Part shown: one piece after another, positions 16,845 to 24,329 of the stretch
Numbering within the stretch: position 1 is the first letter of the stretch
Layout of the letters: every line of letters begins with the position of its first letter
DNA from: a virus
Taxonomy: Duplodnaviria > Caudoviricetes
IMG/VR virus record: IMGVR_UViG_3300044472_000025
Coordinates: 1 to 24,929 of that record
Direction: 5' to 3' (one strand)
Length of the DNA: 24,929 nucleotides
The notes under the pieces: model-generated
The model's database searches: none
What the model saw: the letters and a program-made list of their open reading frames with translations, nothing else
What the model was told of the DNA's origin: nothing
Made by a program: the position numbers and the translations under genes

Positions 16845-17011
16845 TTGTTGAGTTCCCTGATGGGGTTGGAATCGAAGATAATCTGCGGAGCCTGCGGCAC
16901 GATCGTTACGATGACCGTGAACATCTCGCGCAATTCAGCTTCGGTGTTTTGCGGCAAGTCCTGCGCAGAGATGATCAAGACCGGCTTGGTGAACTGGATA
17001 ACGGCTGTCAC
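16841..17011 (-). CDS. Hypothetical protein (56 aa)
   Basis: GTGA coupling at both ends; MTAVIQFTKPVLIISAQDLP. Confidence 0.5.
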   Translation of the reverse strand: MTAVIQFTKPVLIISAQDLPQNTEAELREMFTVIVTIVPQAPQIIFDSNPIRELNK

Positions 17012-17199
17012 TTGCCGAGTTCCTTGCCGTTCACGAAGACGGACGCGCTCAGAGCGCCGTCGATAAGACGATCGCACGCGCGGATAGCGCCTTGCTTGGT
17101 GGTAAAGCCGATGTCCGGGGCTTGAGCGATGATCTGCCCGTTCCCGGCCCTCAGTTCCCAGAGCCACGTAGCGCCGATCTTATAGATGTTGAAACGCAT
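17008..17199 (-). CDS. YegP/DUF1508 family protein
   Basis: MRFNIYK...WLWELRAGNGQIIA...GFTTKQGA; alternative GTG start at 17223. Confidence 0.8.
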   Translation of the reverse strand: MRFNIYKIGATWLWELRAGNGQIIAQAPDIGFTTKQGAIRACDRLIDGALSASVFVNGKELGK

Positions 17200-17219
17200 G
17201 CGCCTGCCGACAGAAATGT

Positions 17220-17321
17220 TCACGCGCAATACCCCATGCCGGCAAGAGCAACCGCTGCGGGAATCGCGCCGACAGCGGCGAGGCAAGCAAGACGAACGCA
17301 CAGAAGCATTTCAGGTTTCAT
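17220..17321 (-). CDS. Small hydrophobic peptide (33 aa; not in ORF track)
   Basis: MKPEMLLCVRLACLAAVGAIPAAVALAGMGYCA; GGGG upstream; stop overlaps the next GTG. Confidence 0.4.
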   Translation of the reverse strand: MKPEMLLCVRLACLAAVGAIPAAVALAGMGYCA

Positions 17322-17356
17322 TTCAACCCCGAAAAACGTTGAGACTCATGTGCAAG

Positions 17357-17404
17357 GCCCTGTGCCGCAGGGCTGACGTGCGCAGCCCTGCTTGCGACAG
17401 GGCT
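17357..17404 (-). promoter_or_regulatory. Tandem GCCCTG...CAGGGC hairpins
   Basis: GCCCTG-5 nt-CAGGGC (17357-17373) and AGCCCTG-7 nt-CAGGGCT (17384-17404) directly after a stop codon. Confidence 0.45.
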
Positions 17405-17800
17405 TCAGCCGAGGCTTTCTTCCGTCGCGAGCGCTTCGGTGATCTCGGCCTTGAAGGCGTCGAACTGGTCGGGCAGCAGTTCGCTGCCCTTCTTCGCCTT
17501 GTACTTGCCGAGCAACGCGATGGCTGCTGCACGGTCCTTCTGGACCATCTTCTGAATCAGTTCGCCGATGCCGGTGTCCTCATACTTCACTGCGGGGGCG
17601 GCCGGCGGCGCCGAAGGTGCAACGGAAGGCGGGGTCACGGGCGCAGCGGCCGGGGCGGCAGAAGACGGGGAAGCCGCAGCTTTCTCCGTCTTCGCAGACT
17701 TTGGGGCCGGGGTTGCGGCATCGGCCTTGGGCTTGTCGGAAGACAGGAACGCCGCGGCTTCAGCCATCGAGGCGAACGCGAGCGTGATGGTCACGGACAT
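17405..17800 (-). CDS. Conserved phage protein with Ala/Pro linker, typically upstream of DUF2800
   Basis: MSVTITL...PA-rich linker...AIALLGKYKAKKGSELLPDQF; AAAGGT RBS; first gene of the leftward operon. Confidence 0.8.
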   Translation of the reverse strand: MSVTITLAFASMAEAAAFLSSDKPKADAATPAPKSAKTEKAAASPSSAAPAAAPVTPPSVAPSAPPAAPAVKYEDTGIGELIQKMVQKDRAAAIALLGKYKAKKGSELLPDQFDAFKAEITEALATEESLG

Positions 17801-17967
17801 GGGGGTCGCACCTTTCTGTGGTGGGTTGTTAAGAACTGCGAGGCGTAAGCGTATCAGATGATCCGCGGCGTGTGAACTAGGGTTTTCTCGCATCTTGGAA
17901 AAAAGGAAGCCCGCACAAGGCGGGCTGAAGGCGGCAACGGGTCGGAAGGAAGGAAGGGTGTTGCCGC

Positions 17968-18005
17968 GCTTGCAGTATAGCCGTACCACGTGCTACATTG
18001 CAAGC
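17968..18005. promoter_or_regulatory. Symmetric overlapping divergent sigma70 promoters / operator
   Basis: + strand TTGCAG-18-TACATT with extended TG; - strand TTGCAA-18-TATACT; arms GCTTGCAGTATAGC / GCTACATTGCAAGC match 12 of 14. Confidence 0.7.
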
Positions 18006-18233
18006 ATGAAATTCGAAGACATCACAGTCGGCCAGCGCAAGCGCATCGCCTCCCTCATGGGCACCAGCGATGGCAGCTTGCGCCACGTGCATGCCGGGCG
18101 GCGCCAGGCAAGCGCCGAGACGGCGATTCGCATCGAGCGCGCTGCCAAGCGCATCGGCCTGGACATCAAGCGCGAGTCCCTGTGCGAGGCTTGCGGTAGG
18201 TGCGACTTGGCAAAGAAAGCGAGGAAGGCATGA
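18006..18233 (+). CDS. Cro/YdaS-like helix-turn-helix regulator with C-terminal CxxCxxC
   Basis: RKRIASLMGTSDGSLRHVHAGRRQASAETAIRIE; first rightward gene, apparently leaderless. Confidence 0.8.
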   Translation: MKFEDITVGQRKRIASLMGTSDGSLRHVHAGRRQASAETAIRIERAAKRIGLDIKRESLCEACGRCDLAKKARKA

Positions 18234-18433
18234 TCGAGGTTCGCATCGAGAAACGTAGGCTGGATGCCTTCGGCAGCGATGTGCATGCCAACCTGCACAC
18301 GCTGCAACGCCTGCGTGACGCGGGCGTGCCGATGCGCGGGGTGCTCGCGCCTACCGTGCCTGAGTCGGGCCGCCTCGAAGTGGAACTCGACGACCTGGGC
18401 GTCGAAGAGTACGTATACCGATGGACACCCTGA
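18230..18433 (+). CDS. Hypothetical protein (67 aa)
   Basis: ATGA coupling, GAGG RBS; LRDAGVP motif. Confidence 0.7.
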   Translation: MIEVRIEKRRLDAFGSDVHANLHTLQRLRDAGVPMRGVLAPTVPESGRLEVELDDLGVEEYVYRWTP

Positions 18434-18930
18434 CCGAAGCCCTGGAGGTGTTGCGGCAGGTAGCGGCCCTCAAGCGCTATGACGCAAACGCAGGCCGCAC
18501 GAACGCGGGGCGGCATTACACCCTCAACATCCCGGCCCCACTAATGGCCCGCATTGACGCGCTTGCCGTCGAAGCTGTGGGCCGTGAGTACAGCCTGGAC
18601 CTGAGCCCTGAGAAGTTGCGCATCTGCGAGAGGCGTGCGAAAGCTCGCGCCTTCCTCAAGGCATTGGACGAGTTCCCGCCGACCAGCGCCGAGCCCACCT
18701 TGGATGACGCCTCAATCGTCCGACTGGCGCTCAAGGCCGGCTTCGACCCTCACTGCGCGTTCGGGTTGAGCAGTCGACTTGAAGGTGAGGCCTCTGCGCT
18801 CGACGAGGCCTTGTACGTCGCTGAGTACCCCGTCGGTCGGATGCTTGCGGCGTTCGCCGCAGAGGTTGCCAAAGCTGCCGTAGCGGGCAGGCGCTCTACA
18901 GCGCCAGTTCCGCCATCACCTGAAACGTGA
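18421..18930 (+). CDS. Hypothetical protein (169 aa)
   Basis: ATG overlapping upstream gene; same strand as operon. Confidence 0.6.
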   Translation: MDTLTEALEVLRQVAALKRYDANAGRTNAGRHYTLNIPAPLMARIDALAVEAVGREYSLDLSPEKLRICERRAKARAFLKALDEFPPTSAEPTLDDASIVRLALKAGFDPHCAFGLSSRLEGEASALDEALYVAEYPVGRMLAAFAAEVAKAAVAGRRSTAPVPPSPET

Positions 18931-19150
18931 ACTGGGACGGGCGTTTGTAAAACAGCGCGTACTCGACCAAGCGCAGTTCCCCTTCGTAGGTGTAGGCCTG
19001 TCCTAGGGCTTCACGGCGGCGCCGTATCAAATGATATGGAAACCCCTAGTCGCGGCAGCGGCAAAACGTGCAGAAAGTTCTTCCCTCGACGCAGGCCCCG
19101 CGCTATCCTGTGCGTCCGCCAACTGAGACAAGCCCCATGATCGACTTTGC

Positions 19151-19232
19151 GAATGCCAAGATGAGGGCCGCACCCTGTGAATTTCGGTTCTGGGTTCGGT
19201 TGGCGCTGAGCGCGGCCCTCATCTTGGCGTTT
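19151..19232. repeat. Long inverted repeat (17-bp perfect core, 21 bp with G-U) around a 40-bp spacer
   Basis: GCCAAGATGAGGGCCGC (19155-19171) / GCGGCCCTCATCTTGGC (19212-19228). Confidence 0.85.
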
Positions 19233-19252
19233 CCGTTTGTGGAGCCGCCGCA

Positions 19253-20257
19253 GTGAGCGGCGCCTATTACAACGAGATCGAGCCCTATGCAGCAGAGTGG
19301 TTGCGCAACCTCATCGTGTGCGAGCTCATCGCCGATGGCGAAGTCGACACCCGCAGCATCGAGGACGTGCGCCCCGACGACTTGCGAGGCTTCACGCAAT
19401 GCCACTTCTTCGCAGGCATCGGTGTGTGGTCCCATGCTTTGCGGCTCGCGGGCGTGCCCGACAGCATGCCTGTGTGGACGGGGAGCTGTCCTTGCCAACC
19501 TTTCTCCGCGGCAGGCCAAGGTCGCGGGTTTGATGACGAGCGGCATCTGTGGCCCGCTTGGCACTACATCATCGAGCAGTGCCGCCCTGGGCTTGTCTTT
19601 GGTGAGCAAGTTGCAAGCAAGGACGCAGAGCCTTGGATCGACCTTGTTCATACTGACATGGAAACCCTGGGTTACGCCTTCTGGGCGGTGCCGTTCCCGG
19701 CTGCGAGCGTCGGTGCGCCGCACATCCGAGACCGAGCTTACTTCGTGGCCTACGACGACGACGACGGATGCAAAAGGCTCGCGTACCCTTGGGTACAACG
19801 GGCAAGCGTTTATGACGCTCACGGACGCGGCCCTCACGGCTACCAAGCATTGGCCGACGCCGCGGGCCGAGGACAGCGAGTCATCGGGCGCCAGGCTGAG
19901 CCGGGGGATCGCGGACACGCTGACAGCGGTTTCGAGGCTGGCCGCCTGGAGCACACCCTTGGCTGCGGACGGGTCGAAAGCGGACGCGACCCTACCGGCA
20001 GTCCTGCGCAGGAGTACAGAGCAGGGTCGGTCGTTGAGTTGCGCGATGCAAGCCCGGCTTGCGTCTTGCGCGGCCACTGGGCCGATGCCGAATGGATCTG
20101 GTGCCGAGACGGCAAGTACCGGCCAGTTGAACCCGGCACATTCCCGCTGGCTCATGGGGCTCCTGCCCGAGTGGGACGCCTGCGCGCCTATGGCAACGCG
20201 ATCGTCGCGACGCAAGCCGCCGAGTTCATCAAAGCGGCACTCGCGTGCCGTCCCTGA
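19253..20257 (+). CDS. DNA (cytosine-5)-methyltransferase, alpha polypeptide
   Basis: FFAGIG (I), GSCPCQPFS (IV), GEQV (VI), PHIRDR (VIII), RLRAYGNAI (X); no motif IX in this frame. Confidence 0.92.
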   Translation: MSGAYYNEIEPYAAEWLRNLIVCELIADGEVDTRSIEDVRPDDLRGFTQCHFFAGIGVWSHALRLAGVPDSMPVWTGSCPCQPFSAAGQGRGFDDERHLWPAWHYIIEQCRPGLVFGEQVASKDAEPWIDLVHTDMETLGYAFWAVPFPAASVGAPHIRDRAYFVAYDDDDGCKRLAYPWVQRASVYDAHGRGPHGYQALADAAGRGQRVIGRQAEPGDRGHADSGFEAGRLEHTLGCGRVESGRDPTGSPAQEYRAGSVVELRDASPACVLRGHWADAEWIWCRDGKYRPVEPGTFPLAHGAPARVGRLRAYGNAIVATQAAEFIKAALACRP

Positions 20258-20279
20258 CGAGGTGAAGCTATGGGAGTGA
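19533..20279 (+). CDS. Overlapping alternate-frame ORF: putative beta polypeptide of the C5-methyltransferase
   Basis: +1 frame open 19287-20279; WPT/WPTP/WSTP repeats and QLNPAHSRWLMGL (motif IX-like); start uncertain. Confidence 0.7.
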   Translation: MTSGICGPLGTTSSSSAALGLSLVSKLQARTQSLGSTLFILTWKPWVTPSGRCRSRLRASVRRTSETELTSWPTTTTTDAKGSRTLGYNGQAFMTLTDAALTATKHWPTPRAEDSESSGARLSRGIADTLTAVSRLAAWSTPLAADGSKADATLPAVLRRSTEQGRSLSCAMQARLASCAATGPMPNGSGAETASTGQLNPAHSRWLMGLLPEWDACAPMATRSSRRKPPSSSKRHSRAVPDEVKLWE

Positions 20280-20458
20280 AAGCTGCCCCGACCACTGCTG
20301 TGTTGCCGCCGCTCGCGTGGGGTGAGGCGGGCCTGTGGCGCACGGCTGTCGAAGTGACCGAGCCGCGCAACGCGATCGAAGAGCTTGCTGCGTGGCTGGA
20401 GTTCCAGTGCGCCGAGCGCGAACTCGCCGACACCATACCGATGGGACTCGACTTGTGA
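20270..20458 (+). CDS. Hypothetical protein (62 aa)
   Basis: GAGGTG RBS before ATG 20270. Confidence 0.55.
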   Translation: MGVKAAPTTAVLPPLAWGEAGLWRTAVEVTEPRNAIEELAAWLEFQCAERELADTIPMGLDL

Positions 20459-20758
20459 CCGCTGACCTGCAACCCCCACGCTCAGCTAACCGTGCCGAGG
20501 AGACCTAGCGTGAATCTCGCGAACATAGTACTCGACACCGCCGCTCTCGGGGACGGTAGGCTGACGTACCGCATTGGCATCTACTTGGAAGGCGATGCAC
20601 CGCCGCGCGGGGTGTATTTGACCATCCCGGCCGAGACCTCTGAGCGTGATGTCATCAACGCGCTACGGTTGCTCGCCGACCGCATCGAAGAGGGGCCGAG
20701 GCCCGGGGGTCTGTTGGCGCTGCCGGGGGAACTGACGTGACCGCTGACCTGCAACCCC
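20455..20758 (+). repeat. 22-bp direct repeat flanking a one-gene segment
   Basis: GTGACCGCTGACCTGCAACCCC at 20455-20476 and 20737-20758. Confidence 0.9.
20510..20740 (+). CDS. Hypothetical protein (76 aa) between direct repeats
   Basis: GAGGAG RBS before GTG 20510; ALRLLADRIE helix. Confidence 0.65.
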   Translation: MNLANIVLDTAALGDGRLTYRIGIYLEGDAPPRGVYLTIPAETSERDVINALRLLADRIEEGPRPGGLLALPGELT

Positions 20759-20919
20759 TGGACGTGCTCGCCATTCGGCTGTACATGCTCATGAACGCGC
20801 GCAACCTGGCGTCAAGCATCGAGGTGTGGGTGTCCTTGAGCACGCGCATTGACGAGGTGTGCCGCCAGTTGCGCAGGCACGCACCTTACGGCTTCCTTGC
20901 CGGTTACTGGAACCCTTGA
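20737..20919 (+). CDS. Hypothetical protein (60 aa)
   Basis: GTGA and TGATG coupling on both sides. Confidence 0.55.
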   Translation: MTADLQPLDVLAIRLYMLMNARNLASSIEVWVSLSTRIDEVCRQLRRHAPYGFLAGYWNP

Positions 20920-21416
20920 TGAGCTTGTCCAGTCACCAAAGCGCGCGGATGAAAAACGACGAGTGGCTGACGCCGGTCGGCATCTTGGCCGTACTCGGCC
21001 ATTTCGATCTCGACCCGTGCGCACCTGAGAACCGCCCGTGGGACACGGCCGCGCGGCACTACACGAAGGCTGACGACGGGCTCTTGCGGCCTTGGCAGGG
21101 GCGCGTGTGGTGCAACCCGCCGTTCGGGCGAGAGGCGGTGAAGTGGTTGCGCAAGCTGGCCGCACACCGCAATGGCATCGCGCTGGTGCCGGCGCGCACG
21201 GAGACGCGCATGTTCTACGAAACCGTGTGGGGGCCCGCAGGCGCCGATGCCGTGTGCTTTTTGCGAGGGCGTCCCCACTTCTGCTACGTGAGCGGTGAGC
21301 GCGCGAAGGCGAACAGCGGCGCCCCGATCGCGCTGATAGCCTACGGTGGCGAAAACGTGACCGCCTTGCTCAACTGCGGTTTGGGCGTCATCGTGCATAA
21401 CTGGCGGTTGCCATGA
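20919..21416 (+). CDS. Phage DNA N6-adenine methyltransferase (phage Dam-like family)
   Basis: DEWLTP, FDLDPCA, DDGL...W, VWCNPPFG, LVPARTET. Confidence 0.9.
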   Translation: MSLSSHQSARMKNDEWLTPVGILAVLGHFDLDPCAPENRPWDTAARHYTKADDGLLRPWQGRVWCNPPFGREAVKWLRKLAAHRNGIALVPARTETRMFYETVWGPAGADAVCFLRGRPHFCYVSGERAKANSGAPIALIAYGGENVTALLNCGLGVIVHNWRLP

Positions 21417-22000
21417 GCGACCCCACAAACCCCCTGATCGCGGGCCTCGCGCCGCTTGTCGAGCGCGTGCGCACGGACGTGACGGCCATCAAGCGCGACG
21501 GCGTGAAGGGGCAGTCCTGGACGCGCGAGGCGCTGACGCCGGATCGCTTGGCTCGTCACCTCAACGGCGGCCCAGCGCGTGGGGTGTGCCCCATCAAGGA
21601 AGGCGAGAGCGTCACGCTGGTGGCCCTGCTCGACTTCGACAGCCACGGTGGCGAGACGGACTGGCCGGCGATGAGCGCGGCCGTGGCGCGCGTTGTCGAC
21701 GTGCTGGAGATGGCCTGGGGCATGTCGCCGGTGCTGTTCCGCTCGAGCGGCGGCCGCGGGGTTCACCTGTATTTGCTGTGGGATGAGCCGCAGGACTGCT
21801 ATTCGGTTCGCGAGTTTCTACGCGAGGTGCTTATGAGTTGTGGCTATAAGCCGGGCACTGCGGGTGTCGGGCGCGGGGAGGTGGAAGTCTTCCCGAAGCA
21901 AGACGCCGTGGGCGTGGGCGGCTTTGGGAACCAGTTCGTCCTTCCTCTGGCTGGCGCGTCGCAGCCGCTGGAGCTGACCGAGGGCGACCTGTGGGCCTGA
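21413..22000 (+). CDS. AEP-type primase catalytic domain (N-terminal part of a split primase)
   Basis: LARHLNG, LLDFDSH (DxD), RSSGGRGVHLYL, EVFPKQ, GNQFVLPL. Confidence 0.8.
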   Translation: MSDPTNPLIAGLAPLVERVRTDVTAIKRDGVKGQSWTREALTPDRLARHLNGGPARGVCPIKEGESVTLVALLDFDSHGGETDWPAMSAAVARVVDVLEMAWGMSPVLFRSSGGRGVHLYLLWDEPQDCYSVREFLREVLMSCGYKPGTAGVGRGEVEVFPKQDAVGVGGFGNQFVLPLAGASQPLELTEGDLWA

Positions 22001-24291
22001 TCCTCGCCGACCTCCCCCGTGACGCCATTCTCGCCCTTGGGTGGTGGCGCTCAAGTCCCCCCGTGCGCCGTCGCGAGCGCCCTGCGCGCGCCGTTGCCGT
22101 GGCGCCTACGGGTGAGGATGCCGCCGCGCTGCGCAGCCTGCTCGACTGGCTGGACCCCGACATGGGGTATGACGACTGGCTGCGCGTGGGCATGGCCCTG
22201 CACCACGAGACCGAGGGCTCGCCGGACGGCCTGGCCCTGTGGGACGAGTGGAGCTCGCGCGGCGTGACCTACCCCGCGAGTGAGGGGGTCGCGGCCAAGT
22301 GGGACAGTTTCTCTGGCGCCGCGGGCCGCGCCCCGGTGACACTGGCGTGGCTGCGCGGTCTTGCCGAGCGGGTGAGCAACGGCGCCGCGATCGACAGTGC
22401 CGATTTCCCGGTGCTGGATATCAACGGGCGGGAGGTGAACGGTTATGAGTGCAGGCACGTCGATGGGGCTGCTGTGGTGGCTGGGCGCGGTGGGTTGGGG
22501 CATGCTGGGCGTGGGTCTGGTGCTGGCGGGCCTGCTGATCGGGCACGCGCTATGGCTGGCGTGGCAGGACTGGCTGGACAGGCGCGAGGGGTTGGGGTCG
22601 CAGTGGGAGGACTGGCCGACCACGGGGGCCGGGCAGCAGGGGGAGGAGTAGCCGCCGCCGCGGACGAGGTGCCGCGCGTAGCAGCGTCGCAGCGGCCTGC
22701 TGAGCGCGCCGAGCGCCGGGGCATCCCCGAGGCAAAGCACCTATGTACCGACCAGGCCAACGCGAACCGTCTCGTCAAGGCCTACGGGTCGCGCGTGCTG
22801 GTGGCCGGGGGCCGCTGGTACGTGTGGGACGGGCGCGTCTGGCGCGGCGATGACGCCGACGTCTACCGCTACGCGTGCAGACTGTCGGCCATCGTGAAGG
22901 ACGAGGCGAAGGCTGTGCTCGCCAAGGCGCAGGCGGCTGTGGAGTCGGACGGGGGTGTGGGTGGGCGCATGAGACGGGCCGAGGGCGTCGCCGAGGCCCT
23001 GGAAAAGTGGAGCGTGAAGTGTGAGGGCCGTGGCGCCATCGAGGCGGCCGTGGGTCTGGCTCGCAAGATGCTGACGGTGGATGCCGGGTTGCTGGACGCC
23101 GACCCGTGGCTACTGAACGTGGCTAATGGAGTCGTCGACTTGCGCGACGGGTCGCTGCGCGCGCACCGGGCCGAGGATCTGATGACCAAGCTCGTGCCGG
23201 TCGACTACGTGCCTGACGCACGGTGCGAGGCGTGGGAGCGGGCGCTGCTCGAAATCTGCGGCGAGAGCGGCGAGAGCGCCGAGAGCGAGAGGAGTGGTGG
23301 CAGTAGCGGCGGGGCCGGGGCTGGTGGAGCGGGTAGCGCCGGTAGCAGCGGGGGCGCGGGCGGCAGCAGAGCGCCGGTAGCGTCATTCTTGCAGCGCTGG
23401 TTCGGCTACTGCCTGACCGGCCACGTGCGCGAACAAGTCTTCGTCGTCCACTGGGGTGACGGCTCCAACGGCAAATCCACCGTGATGGGTCTCATGGCAA
23501 AGACACTGGGCGATTACGCGGGTGTGGCTGCCCCGGGCCTCATCGCGAGCAGCGACAAGAGCGAGCGCCACCCCACCGAGATCGCCGCACTCATGGGTCG
23601 GCGCATGGTGACGGCGCACGAGACCCGCGAGGGGGTGCAGTTGCGCGAAGACTTCATCAAGCAGGCCACGGGTGACGACCGGCTGTCGGCGCGTTTCATG
23701 CGCGAGGACTTCTTCGACTTCGCGCCCACCCACAAGATCAACCTACTGACCAACCACAAACCTGTCGTCAAGGGGCAAGACGCAGGCATCTGGCGCCGGG
23801 TCATGCTCGTGCCCTACGGCGTGACCTTCGGCACCGCCGAGCAGGTTGCGCAGGGGCGCGCGTCACGCGTCAAAGATATGGAGCTCGCCGAAGCCCTGAG
23901 CACCGAGGAGGCCCTTCGCGGCGTGCTGGCCTGGCGCGTGCGCGGTGCGGTGGTGTGGGCCGAGGAGGGCTTGCGTCCACCGGGGGCTGTGCTTGATGCG
24001 TCGGCACGCTACCAGACAGAGCATGACCGGGTGGGGCTGTTCGTCGCCGAGTGCTGTGAAGTGGTGCCCGGGGCACGTGAACCGCTCACGCTGGGCATGG
24101 GTGGGCTGTACCCGAGTTACAAGAGTTGGTGCGCGGAGTCGGGGTTTCACGGTTTGGCGAGGGGGCGCTTTGTTGACGAGTTGCGCCGTGTCGTTCCGGG
24201 TTTGCAGATCGCTGAGACCTATGGGAAGGGCGAGAGCGGAGCTAGGCGCAAAATTTTGCAAGTTGCAGGGCTCAGGTTACTACCGGAGTAA
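21991..24291 (+). CDS. PriCT-2 + D5_N + SF3 helicase (P4/D5 family primase-helicase)
   Basis: YDDWLRVGMALH...WDEWS (PriCT-2); LNVANGVVDLRDG (D5_N); GDGSNGKST (Walker A); IKQATGDD; TNHKP; GIWRR. Confidence 0.92.
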   Translation: MGLILADLPRDAILALGWWRSSPPVRRRERPARAVAVAPTGEDAAALRSLLDWLDPDMGYDDWLRVGMALHHETEGSPDGLALWDEWSSRGVTYPASEGVAAKWDSFSGAAGRAPVTLAWLRGLAERVSNGAAIDSADFPVLDINGREVNGYECRHVDGAAVVAGRGGLGHAGRGSGAGGPADRARAMAGVAGLAGQARGVGVAVGGLADHGGRAAGGGVAAAADEVPRVAASQRPAERAERRGIPEAKHLCTDQANANRLVKAYGSRVLVAGGRWYVWDGRVWRGDDADVYRYACRLSAIVKDEAKAVLAKAQAAVESDGGVGGRMRRAEGVAEALEKWSVKCEGRGAIEAAVGLARKMLTVDAGLLDADPWLLNVANGVVDLRDGSLRAHRAEDLMTKLVPVDYVPDARCEAWERALLEICGESGESAESERSGGSSGGAGAGGAGSAGSSGGAGGSRAPVASFLQRWFGYCLTGHVREQVFVVHWGDGSNGKSTVMGLMAKTLGDYAGVAAPGLIASSDKSERHPTEIAALMGRRMVTAHETREGVQLREDFIKQATGDDRLSARFMREDFFDFAPTHKINLLTNHKPVVKGQDAGIWRRVMLVPYGVTFGTAEQVAQGRASRVKDMELAEALSTEEALRGVLAWRVRGAVVWAEEGLRPPGAVLDASARYQTEHDRVGLFVAECCEVVPGAREPLTLGMGGLYPSYKSWCAESGFHGLARGRFVDELRRVVPGLQIAETYGKGESGARRKILQVAGLRLLPE
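22445..22651 (+). CDS. Nested alternate-frame small membrane protein (68 aa) inside the primase linker
   Basis: GGAGGT RBS at 22431-22436, ATG 22445; Trp-rich hydrophobic LLWWLGAVGWGMLGVGLVLAGLLIGHALWLAW. Confidence 0.55.
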   Translation: MSAGTSMGLLWWLGAVGWGMLGVGLVLAGLLIGHALWLAWQDWLDRREGLGSQWEDWPTTGAGQQGEE

Positions 24292-24329
24292 GTGAGGGGG
24301 CACCACGGGGTCCGGGTTTACCCTAGAGG

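Noticed and set aside
2652-17066. Long + strand ORFs such as 2652-3407, 3467-4327, 4515-5624, 8702-10192, 12805-13635 and 15546-17066
   Set aside because: Antisense shadows of well-supported minus-strand genes in GC-rich DNA; no motifs or RBS
18896-19030. 44-codon minus-strand ORF (LIRRRREALGQAYTYEG...)
   Set aside because: TTG start only, no RBS, and opposite to the operon direction
19103-20479. 458-aa minus-strand ORF
   Set aside because: Antisense to the doubly coding MTase region; no recognisable motifs
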